Shown: positions 32,170-32,785 of the stretch, piece by piece | How positions within the stretch are numbered: the stretch's first letter is position 1 | Layout of the letters: each line of letters begins with the position of its first letter | DNA from: Octopus sinensis | Taxonomy: Eukaryota | Assembly: GCF_006345805.1 (NCBI RefSeq) | Contig: NW_021832756.1 | Span: forward strand, 1-32,785 | Direction of reading: 5' to 3' | DNA: 32,785 bases | Made by a program: the position numbers and the translations under genes | The notes under the pieces: generated by a model | Told to the model about the DNA's origin: nothing | Database searches by the model: none | The model's input: the letters and a program-made list of their open reading frames with translations, nothing else

Positions 32170-32785
32170 TCTAGCAACGTTTTCCTTTTCTTCCTTCCTT
32201 CCTCCTCCTCCTCCTCCCTGCTCCATCACCCCACCCATCGTCGTTTTCATTAGTATCCTCAATCTTCATCTTCATCATCGTCCTCAACATCGCCGTTGTC
32301 ATCGTCTTCTCAGCCGACGCTGTCCTCCTCCTCCTCCACCTACTCCTACTCCTCCCCTCCCCTTTCACCTCATCGTCATCATCGCCGTCGTCGTCATCAT
32401 CATTATCATCATCTTCATCATTATCATCATCATCATCATCATCATAATCATCATCATCATCATTTTCTTCTTCTTTTTCTTCTTTTTCTTCTCTTTCTTC
32501 TTCTCTTTCTTCTCTTCCTCCTCCTCCCTCCTCCCCTCATCTACCCTCCTCATCTCCTAATCTCTTCCTCCCCTCCCCTCCCCCTCCCCTCCTCCCACGC
32601 CCTCCTCCTCTTCTTTATTCTACTACCCTCCGCATCTCCCCTTCCTCCTCCTCCTCCTCCTCCTCCTTCTCCTTTTTCTTCTCTCCTTCTTCTCCTTCTT
32701 CTCCTTCTTCTCCTTCTTCTTCTTCTTCTTATATTCTTCTTCTTCTTCTTCTTCTTCTTCTTCTTCTTCTTCTTCTTCTTCTTCT
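32170..32785. repeat. Polypyrimidine/polypurine low-complexity tract with (TCC)n, (TCA)n, (TCG)n and (TTC)n
   Basis: Direct reading; runs to the window end. Confidence 0.97.

Overview
This is AT-rich, microsatellite-dense eukaryotic non-coding DNA. The repeat families (tRNA-headed SINEs, R4/Dong, RTE and CR1-type LINE relics, Penelope-like palindromes) resemble a coleoid cephalopod (octopus-like) genome; that assignment is an inference from repeat types. I find no intact protein-coding gene, tRNA, rRNA or CRISPR array. Most ORFs in the track are translations of (AT)n, (CA)n, (TATG)n and (AAT)n arrays. The window holds about 20 SINE copies in three families and at least six degraded LINE fragments, identified by RT, restriction-like endonuclease or C2H2 motifs. 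The most notable observations are: (1) a near-perfect foldback palindrome with ~150-bp arms (6841-7147), each arm carrying a minimal type I hammerhead-ribozyme motif; (2) (TATG)n and (AAT)n arrays that appear to act as repeated landing pads for several non-LTR retrotransposon families, including LINE-like 3' ends with three tandem C2H2 fingers; (3) a 13-bp target-site duplication bracketing a CR1+SINE composite inside an RTE relic; (4) a SINE/LINE shared 3' stem-loop with compensatory base changes; (5) an unexplained perfect 37-bp inverted repeat at 11769-11875.
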